From Lingula anatina (Eukaryota > Animalia > Brachiopoda): DNA of 64,000 nucleotides. Within the stretch, counting starts at the first letter, position 1, and each line of letters begins with the position of its first letter. This document shows, in pieces, positions 42,001 to 54,488 of the stretch. The notes under the pieces were generated by a model. That model saw only the letters and a list, made by a program, of their open reading frames with translations. It did not search any database and had not been told where the DNA came from. The DNA lies in contig CM120640.1 in NCBI GenBank assembly GCA_051362555.1, positions 44,618,788 through 44,682,787 on the forward strand, read 5' to 3'. The position numbers were made by a program, and so were the translations under genes.

Positions 42001-45000
42001 AGTCCTGAGACACATCCTAAATATGATCAACATATAAATTATCACATTGTATCAGACTTTTGGGATGGGTATTGGAAGGCAATAATTTCCATTGAGTATC
42101 TTTTTTAAAAAAAACTCTTGATGAACACTGTATTATGGAGATTAGATCAATAAAATGCAGACCCTTTAAAATTTAATTTTGGTCAACATGATATTTAACC
42201 AATTTGAATTGACAAAGCCATGCTTTATCCTATGCATTTCAATGTATGTATATTTCTTTCTACAAACTTTTATTATAATTTTCCCCATCAATCATGAATT
42301 TAAAGAGTTGCCTTTTATGCATTGTTCTCTAAAATATATCACATCTTTTGTTAACATAACAGACAAAGCCAAGCAAGTCAAGCATGACACTACTGGCCAC
42401 AGTTACCCATTCTTGTAGGGGATCCCTAGCTGGGTTCCTCAAAGGTGAGGTCCAGTAGACTTCATCCAGAAGACTGGGCCACTTGGACTCTTCTTTGAAC
42501 TGAACTCTCCTAAACACAGGGTGGGTGAAGAAGGTAAAGAATGGGAGTAAGAAAAAAAGGAACTAATTGTATAGAGGTTTAACTGATTATCACAGTTCTA
42601 TGAAGCACATTACACAAAGCTGGGTGGTATGTAAGCTTTCTATACAAAGACAGGAAAAAAAGTTGGGGAAGTTATGGGATGAACAAGACAATAATGGTGG
42701 AAATGAGTCACATTTACAACCTGTACACGAGAAATGCCTGGCCCTCCCCCAAACTGACATCTACATCAGCAGCAGCTAGTACATAGGACATACATGTGCT
42801 AGATAAAAGGGAAGGGCGCACTACAATATTTAAAGCACAAAACTATCAGCAAGAGTTACCAATTGGTAAAATTCTGTCACAGGATCACTTTCATCAACCC
42901 AGCTTTTGCTGCGCTCATTGTTACTTGTTTTTATTCTCCTGAAGTTTTTTTATCAATATCATCATTCTAAAAAACAATATTTATCTTAGCATGTTCAAGT
43001 TTGAAAACAGCCTTAGTCATATCACAGTCAATACATAAAAGGAATCACATGAAAAATTGAATTTTTTTTAAATCACTATTTTTTCTCAATCTACAGTTAA
43101 GTTTATAATTTTCAAATGTTACAACTATCTTTTATGTTAAAAAATTTGCTGCACTGTCTGAACAGACAAAATTTACCCTAGATGCATAGCAAACTTACTT
43201 GGCATCATATTGCCTGTCTATGGCATTCAGTCGTCTGTCATCCTAGACAGTAAAAGTTTTCAATTTTTGAATAAAAACTTGAAAAAATCTGACATTAATA
43301 TAACATCTCATGTTCTACACATAAATAGTTCTGGGAACCTTTTGTATTATTTTTAGTGTTCACTAAAAATCTTTCTTCATATCATTTTGCTTTGTCATGG
43401 GATAAAAGAAAAGTTAGGCATAAAACAATTATGCTGTGTGCAGAAAATTGTCCCAAAAATCAAAATATGTATTTCACACACACATTCATACAACAATGAA
43501 TATTAGTGGAAAATGAATATCAGTTGTGATCACTCAAATTAGTGCTACCCTCTTGCTTGTTATATCCAAGTGAATTTCACACAACTTAAGGTTACTCACA
43601 TTTAGATAACCATCTGATATGGCAGACCTCCTGTAGTTATCATCACCAAGCCTCATGCCTGTTGGGGTTCTGGAATACTCTGGATCATCATAGCGCCTGG
43701 TGAGAAATGAAAATAAAAAATTCCACATTAGAGGCATGCTTGTGGAAGCTACTGGGTGATATATTTGAATCATATATGCATGATATATTTGAATCATCAA
43801 CACTTCTGCACAGATCTATAAGCCACTAACAAGATGAAAACAAACTCATCAGAATAAAGTCTCTTTGAATGTTTAATCAGTATTTCCATTCACAGCTTTG
43901 TTGCTATATGGTTTCAGGTAACAGAAATCCACATAAATGTAAATTATTTATTACTCTTGTCCAGAACTCATTAATCAAAGATGCAGCAGATGCTATGACA
44001 TCTTAACCAAAAATGTCCTTATATATTTTCATCATGCCCATAGGAATTCCATGCTACAAAATCATTATGGACAAATCAGATAATCACTGATGCTTTTTTT
44101 TATTTTTACTTTTTTTACCTGTAGCGACTCTCTTCTCTCCTCTTCTGTTCTAGTATTTCCTCATACGTAGGTGTGCCCCAACCTCTACGAGGTGGTTTAT
44201 TACGACCTCTTTCAAATGCATCCTCATCATCTGACAAAAAGTCACTCCTGCTTCTTGTGCGTATTCTTTGATCCTTTAATTCAAATCATGGAATCACAAA
44301 TTTTAAAATTTGCACTTATTGGTTGATATTAAATACTATCACTGGGAAAACACCTACATGTATCATAACTTATCTACATGTATCAAAACTCATTCCTGAA
44401 TAACTGAATAACTATCACGTCTTCAGAAGGATACCTGCTAGAGACAAAGAAAACAGTAACTGTTAGGACAATATGCAGCCCCCATCTACTTTTTTATCCT
44501 TTTTACTGTCTTCTTTCAATGTACATGGATGTATTATATCCTGCCAACAACATAAATGAGCAGTTATAATATGGTACTATCAATTACATTTTCTTTCTTT
44601 CCATTTTAAAATGATTTATTTCAATGTTTGAGAATACATTATGCAATAAATACCTCTCTCCTCCTGTTGTCTCTTTCTGATTTCTGTTGTAGAAAATCAT
44701 TATATTCTCTATTCCTTTCTGCCATTTTTCTTTGCTGAAAACAAAACCAGAATGACAACAAATAAGCCAACAATCATCAACTCTTAGGCTTTCATTTGAA
44801 CACTACAGTGCACTCCACATTTGGATTTTGAATTTCTATATTTGTTTCTTAAAATTGCCACAAAGCAATAAAAGTAATATTATAACATGGCATATATATT
44901 CCCTTCCACTTAATGATAACCCCTACTTGTAACTTTGTTTCAATTTTCTGGCATATTTAAGTACGTTTTCATGAAAGTCCTCATAATTTATTTTGTTAGT

Positions 45001-48000
45001 TTATTAGTAGTAATACAGCAGAAATACATAGTACCTCTGCAGAGTGCTTATCTCTGATTCCAGGCAAAGTCATGCCATAGTCAGTTTCTTTAGGTGCACG
45101 TCTATGTTTGACCTGGAAGGGAGGGTGAAAAGACACTGCAAAACACACACCAGTGCTCTAGTGGTGAAAAGAAAGGGTGAGGTGAAAGAACATGTGAGAC
45201 ATAATATCTTATTAATTGAAAAATAGGAGAAAATAGGGTTTAATACAAGTGGGTGATGAAAAATGCCAAACTGTAGGACTACACCTGCTATCAATGAGGA
45301 ATGCTGAGCTACATTTTCAGATCTAAAAATTGTTTTAGTCCTCACTTTCAGAAATAAGCTACTTGATTACAAAATGAACTCTCTGCAATCCCAGAAACAA
45401 CATTTCATAAATGTATAAAATTTATGTCCCTAATATGACATTGACTGAGTGTTATGTTTTGATATAAGTCTTATATTTCCCACTTAAGAAAGCGTTACTA
45501 TCACAACGGGTCTCTTCAACATTCAAGGATCCTAATCTACAATGACTATGAATAAGTATTTTGCAACTCACAACACACTGTGGATAAGAAACATGAAATA
45601 TTATCCTCTTTGATGTAAATATCAATTGATGCTATACACAGTACACGTGTACCTCATTTCTGTCATCATATCTGTCTCTCCGTCTGTCATAATCATCATC
45701 CCTCCTCAGATCTCTGTCATATGTGTCCTCAAAAGTAACTGTTCTCTCTTTGGGTGGTGGACTCCTGTTGATTGCATCCTACAGAATAATTTGTATCAAT
45801 GCCATATCATTACCATAGAAAATCAATGTCTTGATTATCATTTATCAATCAAATTTCTATCCCACATTTTGAACTCGACAAAGGACTGAATGCATACATA
45901 GAAAAAATATTTACCGCAGGCTTGTGACTGTCATATCTATGTCTTCTTTTTTGCTCTTCTTGTTCTAAGAACTGCCTGTACTCCTCATTCCTTGCTCTTC
46001 TCTTTGCAAACTGATAAATGTATTCAGTTTTAACAGCATTTTCAAAACATGATAGATTGTACATCATTAAAAGCTACTTTTAAAATTGGGCAAAAAGTTT
46101 TTTTAAGTTCTCAATACATAATTATGCATTTACATGTTATAAGAATAACAATTTTTTAAATCAGATAGTAAAACTTAAAATTTAATTCAAAGATTTAGGC
46201 ATTCTACTAACATCAGCTCTAGCCTCAGCCGACATCTTTCTATTCATTGCAGGCAACCCAACTTCTTCATTGTCTTGTGCTTGAGGATGACGACCTGTCC
46301 GTCGCAACTCTTGCTGTAATAGTTATAACACTTAAATATTAATAAGTTGGAAATCAATAGCATCAACACACCCTTACAATACCAATAAACAAGTTTTGTT
46401 TGGTATATATGTAACTAAGGCTTCTATTATTCATAAGACATATAAATATGATATATAGCAATGGATGCGGACAAAGTGAATAAGAGTAGACAATGAAAAT
46501 GACTGCCATCCATACCCTTCCTTTGTAAAGTAAAGACCCTTCAGTTATTTTCAAAATTTTATAATATACATCAAATGGAAAAGTCACATTTGCAGAATAA
46601 AGTTTCCATGATTGCAAATCAATCACAAGTATAAATTTTTAGTACAAACAACACAGACTAGTATTTTTAAAGCAATAATGATAACAAAATACTATTCTAA
46701 AATACAAGGATTGACCCTAAAAAGATATTTCAGTATCAAGAAAAAAAGGATTAAATAGTCAACGGTTTTGAAAGTAAACCATCCTGTGCAAAATGTACAA
46801 CCAGCCTATGCAAAATATACAGACTGAAAGAAAAATCACCCCTGGTAAAAGTGAATAGGCCAAGTAAAAACACATCAAGCATAACTGCAATAGTATGAAG
46901 TTGAAAAAGGCAAGGAATACCAACTGGTGACCTTGTAAAATTTAAATCAAAATTGAATTTAGTCAATAAGAAAAATCAATATATCTCTCAGCAACTTAAA
47001 CATGAAATTTAAGGAAAATGACTGAAGATTCTGGAAAACAACAGCAAATAACAAATTCCCTGTCACTGAGGCACCTACTCTTGGAGAATCTGGTCTTTCC
47101 GGGCCATTCTGAAGCCACTTTGGTGCGCCTGGTTGAATATTTTTCTATAATTCAAGGCAATCTCTAATTATACACAATGCAAAGTTTGTTTTCATAGACC
47201 CAACTGGATCACCAAAATTCAATAAAGTTATTTTCATTTACATGGGCAACCAAATACTCAAGCATTTCCTAAGACAAATGACACAATGTTGAGACAATTT
47301 CCAGTGAGCAACATTTATCAAGTAAAATTAAGAACTGTAAACAAGACAGAAAACATATTTGCGTTGCTGGTGAATGGTTTCATCTATATTCATTAGTAAC
47401 TGAAACCTGATATATTTCCTGTCAGTGATTTTTATTCCTTTTGTGGTGTAACATAAGTGAGTGAGTACAATTCCTTGTGTTATCCAAACTGCCCCCTCCA
47501 CTTGTTGTTATTGTAGGGTGGGATAATGATGTCATCATATGTGTGTGAATGTTTGGGATTCCCTTCGTTGATAACATGGTTATCATTCCACCCCAACAGT
47601 AACAACAACAAGAAGGGAGAGAAAACATTTTGGATAACACCAGGACAGGTACTCCCTCACTTTCGTAACACCCCAAAAACTGAGTAAAATTCACTGACAA
47701 CTTTCAATTGGAAGCAGATTTAGATGAATCGAAAAGATACCGTCAACTATCACCAACGCCTAAGTCACACAGAATTTCAAAATTTAAGGATCTAAACATC
47801 AATAATTTTTCTTTTAGATACAAAGAAACTATTTTCTCAAAAGAAAATCTTTAATAATAAATGCATATCAACCAAATGCTATTCTAAAGAATAAGTTGAC
47901 ATATTATATCCATGCCTATATGACAGCAACGGACGACAAATCAGTGGTATTCTGGCTTTCAAAAATGTTGATGAGTTCATAATGAAAAACATAACACATC

Positions 48001-50761
48001 ATCCAACAGATACCAGCTATGTATTAATGATTTACCTCAGAGAGCATTTTATTATACTCCTTCTTCCTCTCTTCCTCCAGTTTCTTTCTCTTTTGATCAT
48101 AACTGCCCAGCTGACCAATAAGCCCTGTCTCTTCTGGACTCTGTGGCCTTGGAGGGGGGATATTTTCCTTGCGGTTTTGATCCACATGGAAACCATTCAC
48201 TTTGCCCTAAAAATACATTAATTCGTTTCATGCTCAAATATAATTAAAATACAGTAATTCATTTTACTCTAAATATCATTCAGTTGGAATACTTAATCCA
48301 GCTTTTTGTGTCATTATATCCTCAAAAAAACATAAATATCCAATTCTTCAGATATTATCTTGAAGATCAACAGTTCAATCTTCTTTTTCTTTTTACAAGC
48401 TGAAATACCCCCATGATGGGGATAGGTCAAACCTAATGCTGCCAAGCTCAAGGGGGGGGGATTAATATAAATACATTATGTATTTAATTCCAAAAGAAAA
48501 AGGGAAGATCAAGAGCAACATGAAGCAAAACTGAAAGAGTAAAGAGTAGAAGCAGGGCAAATAACTTGATCAGAGGCCAGAGTCATAGCTGTAGACAGAG
48601 TTGGTTGGAAAAGCCCTATGTGATGTGGCACTAGCATGAAGACAATAGGTAGTACTTTATGAATGGGTATACCTTGTCCATTACTTCTTGGGTTTCTCTC
48701 TTCCTTTCTTCCTGTAATCTTCTTTTCTTTTCTTCATATTGTCCAAGAGGCAGTGTACCCCCTTCAACATCCTCTGTTTGCCTGTCCTGTGGGCCTCTCC
48801 TGCCATGCTACAGATGAAATAAATATAAGTTTTAGCAACACTGGAATGCTCAAATACAGAAATTACACATTGACTACTATTAAAAAAAATTCAAAATAAT
48901 ATTATAATATTTATCCCTTTCCCTCAACAACCTCGCAACTTTTGCTTCTGAACTGTGCTTATGTCAGAAAAGGAACTTCAAAAGGGCATAAATCCATAAA
49001 GCAGCCATATAAGGGACCATTCCCAGACCCTATCATACCAACTGTGGATTGCTCTATCTCCGAGGGGATTAGCCAAATTGCTATCAACTTAAGTGGCTTA
49101 GATGTCTGTCATGCCCACTGAAGCTGCCAGTGGATAATCAATTATCGTTTAGCAGGTACAGTAGGCATGCAAGATATATAAGCCGCTTAACTTAGGTGAA
49201 AGCAATGTAGCAAGAAACCCCTCAGAGATGGATTGATCGTGTTAGATGGATATAGGTATGGGAAACCAGTCTAAGTGTCTAGTGCATTTCACAAGGATTC
49301 CTCTGCCATTTATTGGTTACCTGCAATATTTGTTCATCTAAATTACTCTTTGGTGTCCTGTCCCAAGTTCTTCGAGAAGTATTTGGGTCATCACGGTCAG
49401 GCTCCTAGATGCAAAAAATAACAGACATTAGAGGTATACTGTATGCATTTGAAAATTACCAAAAATCACATTTACCATGTCTACATAATCTGCAATGCTA
49501 GTGATCTTACCCAGTTCAGACCTTAAAAACTATAAGACTCCTCACATCCATACTTCCTTCTGAAATGTACAGGAAAATTTGGTGTTCTAAATGACAGGCC
49601 AGTCATTAAAAACTATTTTTGAATTAAAAATGGAATAAAACACCAAATTCAAGTGCTTGGATGGTTCAAGCAATGATTTTAGTAGGAAAAAATAGCCAAA
49701 ATTAATTTTGGTGGTCACACCCCATATATATTTAGTACCTTTAAGCCTTGAAACATTTGTTTTCTGTTCTTTTGATTATAAAACATCTCTATTTTGATGT
49801 AATGATATGGATATGGGGTTATTTAAAGGTTATCAGGTAGCTGACTACTACTAGCAAATGAAAATCACACCAGTTAAGAGTATAAGGGCTCATTCCCAAT
49901 GAGCCTACCATTCTACGTAGATCGATCCAGCTTGGTAGGGACTCTATCTGAATGCAACACGCCTCCTCTTGCTTCCAATGTACTCCTATAATTACCTGCT
50001 TTTTTGTATTCTACTCCAATAGGAGGCTTATTAATCTGTTAATCTGATTGCATTCAGTGAGATTTCCCATGGAGATAGATCGATCTATGCAGAATGAGTT
50101 TCATTGGGAAGGAGCCCTAATAATAATGAAAACTGCAGTTTGATGCAAGCATTGTTGAGGAAAGAAAGGGGATAGACTGACTGAAGATAGCATTTTCATT
50201 TAACAACTGATCAGGAACTGCATATCTTGGACTGATAGGATAAATGATTGATACATTTTCAACATTGAGCATGATCATCATCATAGTATTTACCACATTT
50301 ATCTAATAACAGTGATGTTTTTTTTTTAGCTTCTATGAATGCTGAACTGCTTGGCAAACAGGCATTGAAGCTTGGGTGCTGGGACTCAAGAGTGAAGTGT
50401 TGAATAAAATTTGAGAGAAATCAACAATGGAAAATGTTCTCTGTGTCTTTGTTCCTCTGGAGTTATGCCCAATTACTTTCTTCTCCACGACAATGCCAAT
50501 GTTTTCATGCCACTTTTTATGACTTAAACAAAATTTGTAAACATACAGTTACACCTGAATCGCTTTCTCATATCTGGAATTAAGTTATGCACTGCTAGCA
50601 GCCTCATTTTAGGTGCTCCTATTATTAAAGGTAGATTTTGTCATCCCACACACATTTTAAATAGTAAACAGTAATGAAAACCTTACCTGTCCCAGAGACC
50701 TCCTCTCTGCTGCTAGCTTTTGCTTCTGTTGCTGTATAAAATATTCAATATCATCAGCCAT
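25243..50761 (-). CDS. CSPP1: Centrosome and spindle pole-associated protein 1 orthologue, ~1350 aa, ~40 exons
   Basis: Exons in transcript order: 50687-50761, 49321-49404, 48673-48807, 48036-48206, 47079-47144, 46212-46313, 45915-46010, 45653-45778, 45035-45112, 44654-44734, 44119-44273, 43600-43696, 43199-43242, 42407-42509, (41746-41787), 40731-40878, 40252-40348, (39861-39872), 38882-39043, 38453-38605, 38000-38109, 37536-37653, 37123-37219, 36602-36749, 36184-36413, 35779-35832, 35477-35626, 35172-35321, 34656-34724, 34062-34182, 33484-33572, 33275-33327, 32801-32919, 31983-32111, cassettes within 28719-30789, 27503-27609, 26856-26958, (26454-26531), 25243-25391; phases consistent. CSPP1-like motifs: MADDIEYFIQQQKQKL, SGAQDPEK.PDRL, AYYYY, PFGKGGGGAPLRD..GNL, LEVQQQALL.EQ..RL, LDSESAFIG, DPDD...WLRPGT. 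Confidence 0.88.
25931..26143. mobile_element. Degenerate fold-back MITE in a CSPP1 intron
   Basis: Imperfect ~65-bp inverted arms (ATTTCCAGAG..TTAGATCGATCTA / TAGATCGATCTAAAAGCTCTGGAAAT); TSD unclear; shares the TAGATCGATC motif with 49886-50117. Confidence 0.6.
26454..26531 (-). CDS. CSPP1: Candidate CSPP1 cassette exon (78 nt, phase 1-1)
   Basis: cacag|...ATAG|gtgttt; open frame FLKQRKVPVSRSHDKLRRSASASTIG; GC-richer than flanks; TGCATG just upstream of the acceptor. Confidence 0.5.
28719..28799 (-). CDS. CSPP1: CSPP1 paralogous cassette exon D (81 nt)
   Basis: C-rich pyrimidine tract, ctcag|GT...ATAG|gtttgt; DGNAKDASRSSSRTSAALLDSESAFIG. Confidence 0.75.
   Translation of the reverse strand: MMGMPRMLHALQVAQVQHYWTLRVLL
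29695..29787 (-). CDS. CSPP1: CSPP1 paralogous cassette exon C (93 nt)
   Basis: ttttccttag|AT...ATAG|gtttgt; NSSAKPGPSKQRDLSMIREDSMLDSNTAFIG. Confidence 0.75.
30184..30267 (-). CDS. CSPP1: CSPP1 paralogous cassette exon B (84 nt)
   Basis: ctacag|GG...TTAG|gttggt; AVSQASLGSVPDIVRSETTELERDTPLG. Confidence 0.65.
   Translation of the reverse strand, partial: GLLVRLHWVVFQTLSDLKPQNLKEIRL
30328..30381 (+). repeat. Poly-G/GGGT tract (poly-C in the CSPP1 pre-mRNA)
   Basis: ~54 nt almost entirely G; G-quadruplex-capable on the + strand. Confidence 0.95.
30706..30789 (-). CDS. CSPP1: CSPP1 paralogous cassette exon A (84 nt)
   Basis: cctgtag|GA...CTAG|gttggt; ENSQTSVNVVPGIIRSGTVVLEKDSALG, ungapped alignment to exon B. 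Confidence 0.65.
31156..31324. mobile_element. CAGG-ended MITE with 5-bp TSD
   Basis: CAGGAGCGGAT...ATCCGCCCCTG; GGTTT on both sides. Confidence 0.7.
37412..37504. repeat. 32-bp-arm hairpin with overlapping 22-bp direct repeat
   Basis: Arms 37434-37465 and 37473-37504 (2 mismatches, 7-nt loop); TTCCTGATCTGAACTCAATGAG occurs at ~37413 and 37463. Confidence 0.9.
39861..39872 (-). CDS. CSPP1: CSPP1 12-nt microexon (phase 2-2)
   Basis: gttttttgtgtttag|GGAAAAGGAAAG|gtaaga; strong sites, frame-preserving, adds EKER. Confidence 0.7.
41853..42007. mobile_element. CAGG-ended MITE, probable 5-bp TSD
   Basis: CAGGTCTGTAG...CTACAGTCCTG; flanks AAACA and AGACA (one mismatch). Confidence 0.55.
49886..50117. 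mobile_element. PIF/Harbinger-like MITE
   Basis: GGGCTCATTCCCAATGA...TCATTGGGAAGGAGCCC, ~70-bp imperfect arms, TAA on both sides. Confidence 0.85.
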
Positions 50762-51049
50762 GGTTAGTAAACCTAAAATGGAAAAACAGAAAATACTATG
50801 GACAAGATTGTTCTTGGATTTTTTTTACAAGTTTGGGTTAGCATTAAACTGTTCATGCTCTGGGTATTTTGCCAAATTTCTCATATGTGCTGAAGTACAT
50901 ACTGTACATTTATCACTCACATCTTCTCTACCCCTCTCCATACTAACCTACATGAGAAAGAGTGGCTTTTCAGCAGTGTTCAATTGATAAGGTGAGATGT
51001 AAGCAAAAGTTATTAGAGCAACTGCTACATGTATATGTACAAGTGGTTG

Positions 51050-51750
51050 GACGTCATTTTACAGTTATCTTGTCTTACATCTTTCGTGTCCTAGCACACG
51101 AAGGGGTACATATCAAAAACAGTAAAAAGTGAGTGCTAACGCATGAGTTTTCGCGCTAGTCCAAGGGGCTAAGATACTACGAGTAACGCCAATAATAAGC
51201 GACGAACATATAATTTTATGAACAGACAAGATAAGCCAGCCATTTGACCCCCTCTGGTTAGCAACATGTAAACGTCAGGCTTATTCAGACTTAGCTAACG
51301 ATACATACCTTTTTATGGTTATTACTACGGTAGCCACATGTTGGATATAAAAGTTGAACGTTTATCAGTATTTCAATTAATCCTAAATCCTAGGTAGTAC
51401 GCTGAAAACTTGAAACATACATCAACACAACCCTGGAATTTGCTAATATCGCAAACTCTCGTTTCGGATGTGGAGAATTTAAAAGGCAAGCAAATTGAAT
51501 GCGATTATACATTTAAAAATCAAGAAAGGCCAGTTTCGGGTCTTCTTTTTAATCAAAACGTGACAGAACGAATGGATAAAACTTTTACAGGTCCCCTCCA
51601 GAATATCCATCAATTGATGATTGTTACTATTTAGCCATGGTACCCATTCCAGAACACAGCCAACTGTTATTGGAAGTAAAAAGGGGCACAGCAAACGTGC
51701 TTTGTGTTGTCTTACGTAACACATTTGATTTTTTAAGCATGTAACACGCT
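51050..51750 (-). promoter_or_regulatory. Probable CSPP1 promoter and 5'UTR exon region
   Basis: The first coding exon has an acceptor (tttag|50772), so an upstream exon is needed; donor AAG|gtatgt at 51309/51308; CpG-enriched relative to flanks; imperfect RFX X-box-like sites (GTTGCTA on minus ~51259-51265; GTTGTCTTACGTAAC 51706-51720), expected for a ciliary gene. Confidence 0.4.
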
Positions 51751-52031
51751 TTTGATTTTCAGTCCTGGACTACATTTTATTTATGGCCTGTTGACTTTCT
51801 CAATGGTTCAAATAGTGTATAATCCATCACTGGTTAAAAAATGGTTAATGCCTTTTTTTTTTTTTTTTTTTGCACTAGTGGAAAATCATTATTTGCAAAG
51901 GGGGCCTAACAGCAGTTTCCCTGCCATTTTTCTGGCAAAAAGCTTTTAAGGTTTATATCTGAACAAGGCAGCAAAGCTGTCAAATGTACAGACAAAAATC
52001 AGAAAATAAAGATGCAGTATTCCAAAGTATC

Positions 52032-52188
52032 GGGGCCGTAGCGATAGTCCGAAGGTTCAATGGTCCGAATGTTCACTATAGAACCTTCGGACCAATGAAC
52101 CCTTGATTAAAAAATCGATAAAAATGTTACCACTTTTCGGACCAATGAACCTTCGGACCAGTGAACCTTCGGACTATCGAGACGCCCC
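52032..52188. mobile_element. Mutator (MULE)-like MITE with 9-bp TSD
   Basis: CAAAGTATC duplicated at 52023-52031 and 52189-52197; ends GGGGC...GCCCC; arms built from TTCGGACCAATGAACC-type internal repeats. Confidence 0.85.
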
Positions 52189-52546
52189 CAAAGTATCTAT
52201 GTTGATCCATCCTCCATTTTGATGGTCTTCCAACAGAAAAAAATAGATACCAGTCAATATAAACTTAATAACCTGTCTTCAAGAAGACCCAGAAGATGGT
52301 CTCAATCCACCCCTTCAATAAGAATACAGTTTCAGGACCATGAGAGACTATAGTCACATGATGAAAGTCTCAATATTTGAAAAATGATGACAGTGCATAA
52401 AATAATTTTATATAATGTTTAAAGACATAAAAACAATACAATTGCTTATGTGGAAATACAGAAAATGTGCAGAGCCTCGAGCGGATGAGAGATAAAAGTC
52501 ACAAATGCAAGTGTTTGAGAAAAAATTGTAAAGGAAAACATAACAA

Positions 52547-52781
52547 AACTAGAAAACCACCGAGAGTGCAGACCTCTGCCAAGGCAGCAATTGTTGATTA
52601 TTGTTGATTATTGATTGATTATTGAGCCAGACCACCACTAAAAACTAATCATTGTCCTCTTTGGCCCAATTCTGACAGTTCCTGAAAATTTCAGCAAAAT
52701 CGGTCCATAACTTTTTGAGTTATGTTGATGACAGACAAACAGGGGTAAAAATATAACCTCCTAGGCAGAGCCTGAGGTAAA
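52547..52781 (-). mobile_element. Non-autonomous Helentron-like element (HINE)
   Basis: Minus strand starts TTACCTC..CTGCCTAGGAGGTTAT and ends CCTTGGCAGAGGTCTGCACTCTCGGTGGTTTTCTAGTT; same family as 12520-12746. Confidence 0.65.
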
Positions 52782-52822
52782 TATAATTTCAATGAAGCTG
52801 CTATTCAAACTTTTAATCTTTG

Positions 52823-52824
<2 letters not shown>

Positions 52825-52868
<44 letters not shown>
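52825..52868. repeat. (TA)n microsatellite; other short ones are (TA)n 36011-36038, (GA)n 31381-31408, (CA)n 33396-33417
   Basis: Directly visible. Confidence 0.97.
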
Positions 52869-52871
<3 letters not shown>

Positions 52872-53459
52872 ACCTGCATAATTATCACTGCTTCCTTATT
52901 ATTAATCTAGCAGAGAGCTTAACTTTAGGGAGTTTACAAGGAAATATCAACAAGTGTGCTTTATGTAATCTCCTTTAATGGCCTATCAATTAGGCAAATG
53001 ACTTTATAACTCAGAAATTAGCTAAGTGATACCCAAGGGATATTAACAGACTGACCCTCTCAAAGGTCTTTCAGGCCCATAAGTCACATCTTAAGAAAAG
53101 CACAAAACAATAATGCACAAAATAGGAGACTACCATTTCTGATGTAATAATACATTATGTTTTACTGCACAGTCAACATCAAATTTTAATTATGCACAAC
53201 AGGTAACAACGACGAAAGTAAAAGCATAAGGCTTCAGGCCCATCAGAGTTCAAGTTTATACTTAGAAAGTGCCAGAATGAGAAAAATGAAAATTTCACAC
53301 AAAATTGCATAAATTCAATAATAAATGATAACCCAATTGACCTGGCTTTCTAATTTGAACTGCATGCCAATCCTAAAAATCATACTTGTAAGTTAAAAAT
53401 AATAATAAGTAACACAGTTTTCTTTTCATAATGTTTGCAGTAGCAATGCAAAAATATTG

Positions 53460-54488
53460 TTGTCAATTTTGATGTAAAATTACATAATAAATTATAGAAT
53501 AATTATCACCAATCTTTGATTATTGACAATAAATAGCATGGACATGTAGAAAATTTGATTACCATTCGGCTTCATGTCCATGGGAGCTCCGAGTCCCACA
53601 ATGAATATGCCAAAAAGATAATGAATATTTCACTCAAATGTATAACTTCCAGAAAAAGAAGCCAATTAGACTGCTTTTCCAACTCATTCTGCATTTTAGT
53701 CCTGTGTTTCTTTTTTAAAGGTTTGACAGTCATAACACGGTTTTCCCATAATGCTCATCATAGCAGCAGCACCAAAAATTGTGTTTTCTTCTATTTTGAT
53801 GCAATATTACATAATGCTTAACAGCATAATGACCATCAATTTTTAATAATAGAATATTAGTAACATGGACATTCAGAAAACGTGACAAGCAAAGGTCTTC
53901 AGGATCATGGAACTTCAAAGTCACACCTTGAAAATGCCAATAAGTGAAAAATTAAATTTTCACAAAAAACTGTTTAACTGCCAGAAAAAATTACCAAACA
54001 GACTGCATTGCCAACTGAAGCTGTATTTTAGACCCATGTTTCTTTCCTGTAAGTTTGAGAACGGTAATTGACATGATTTTTGTTAAATGGTCATTATGAG
54101 AGCAGTGCCCAAAATAGGGGTTTCTTCAAATTTTGATGCAATATTACATAATGTTTAACAGCATAATGACCATCAATTTTTAATAATGGAATATTAGTCA
54201 CATGAACATTCAGAAAACGTGACTAGCAAAGGTCTGCAGGCTCATGGAACTTCAAAGTCACACCTTGAAAATGCCAATATGTGAAAAATTAAATTTTCAC
54301 AAAAAACTGTTTAACTGCCAGAAAAAATTACCAAACAGACTGCATTGCCTACTGAAGCTGTATTTTAGCCCCACGTTTCTTTCCTGTAAGTTTGAAAACA
54401 GTAAGTGACATGGTTTTTCTTAAATGGTCATCATGGGAGCAGTGCCCAAAATAGGGGTTTCTTCAAATTTTGATGCAATATTACATAA
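53460..54488. repeat. 337-bp tandem repeat array; the interrupted unit resumes at 59652-~59790
   Basis: TTTTGATGCAATATTACATAA at 53794, 54131 and 54468 (337-bp period); more diverged units near 53467 and ~53136. Confidence 0.9.
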
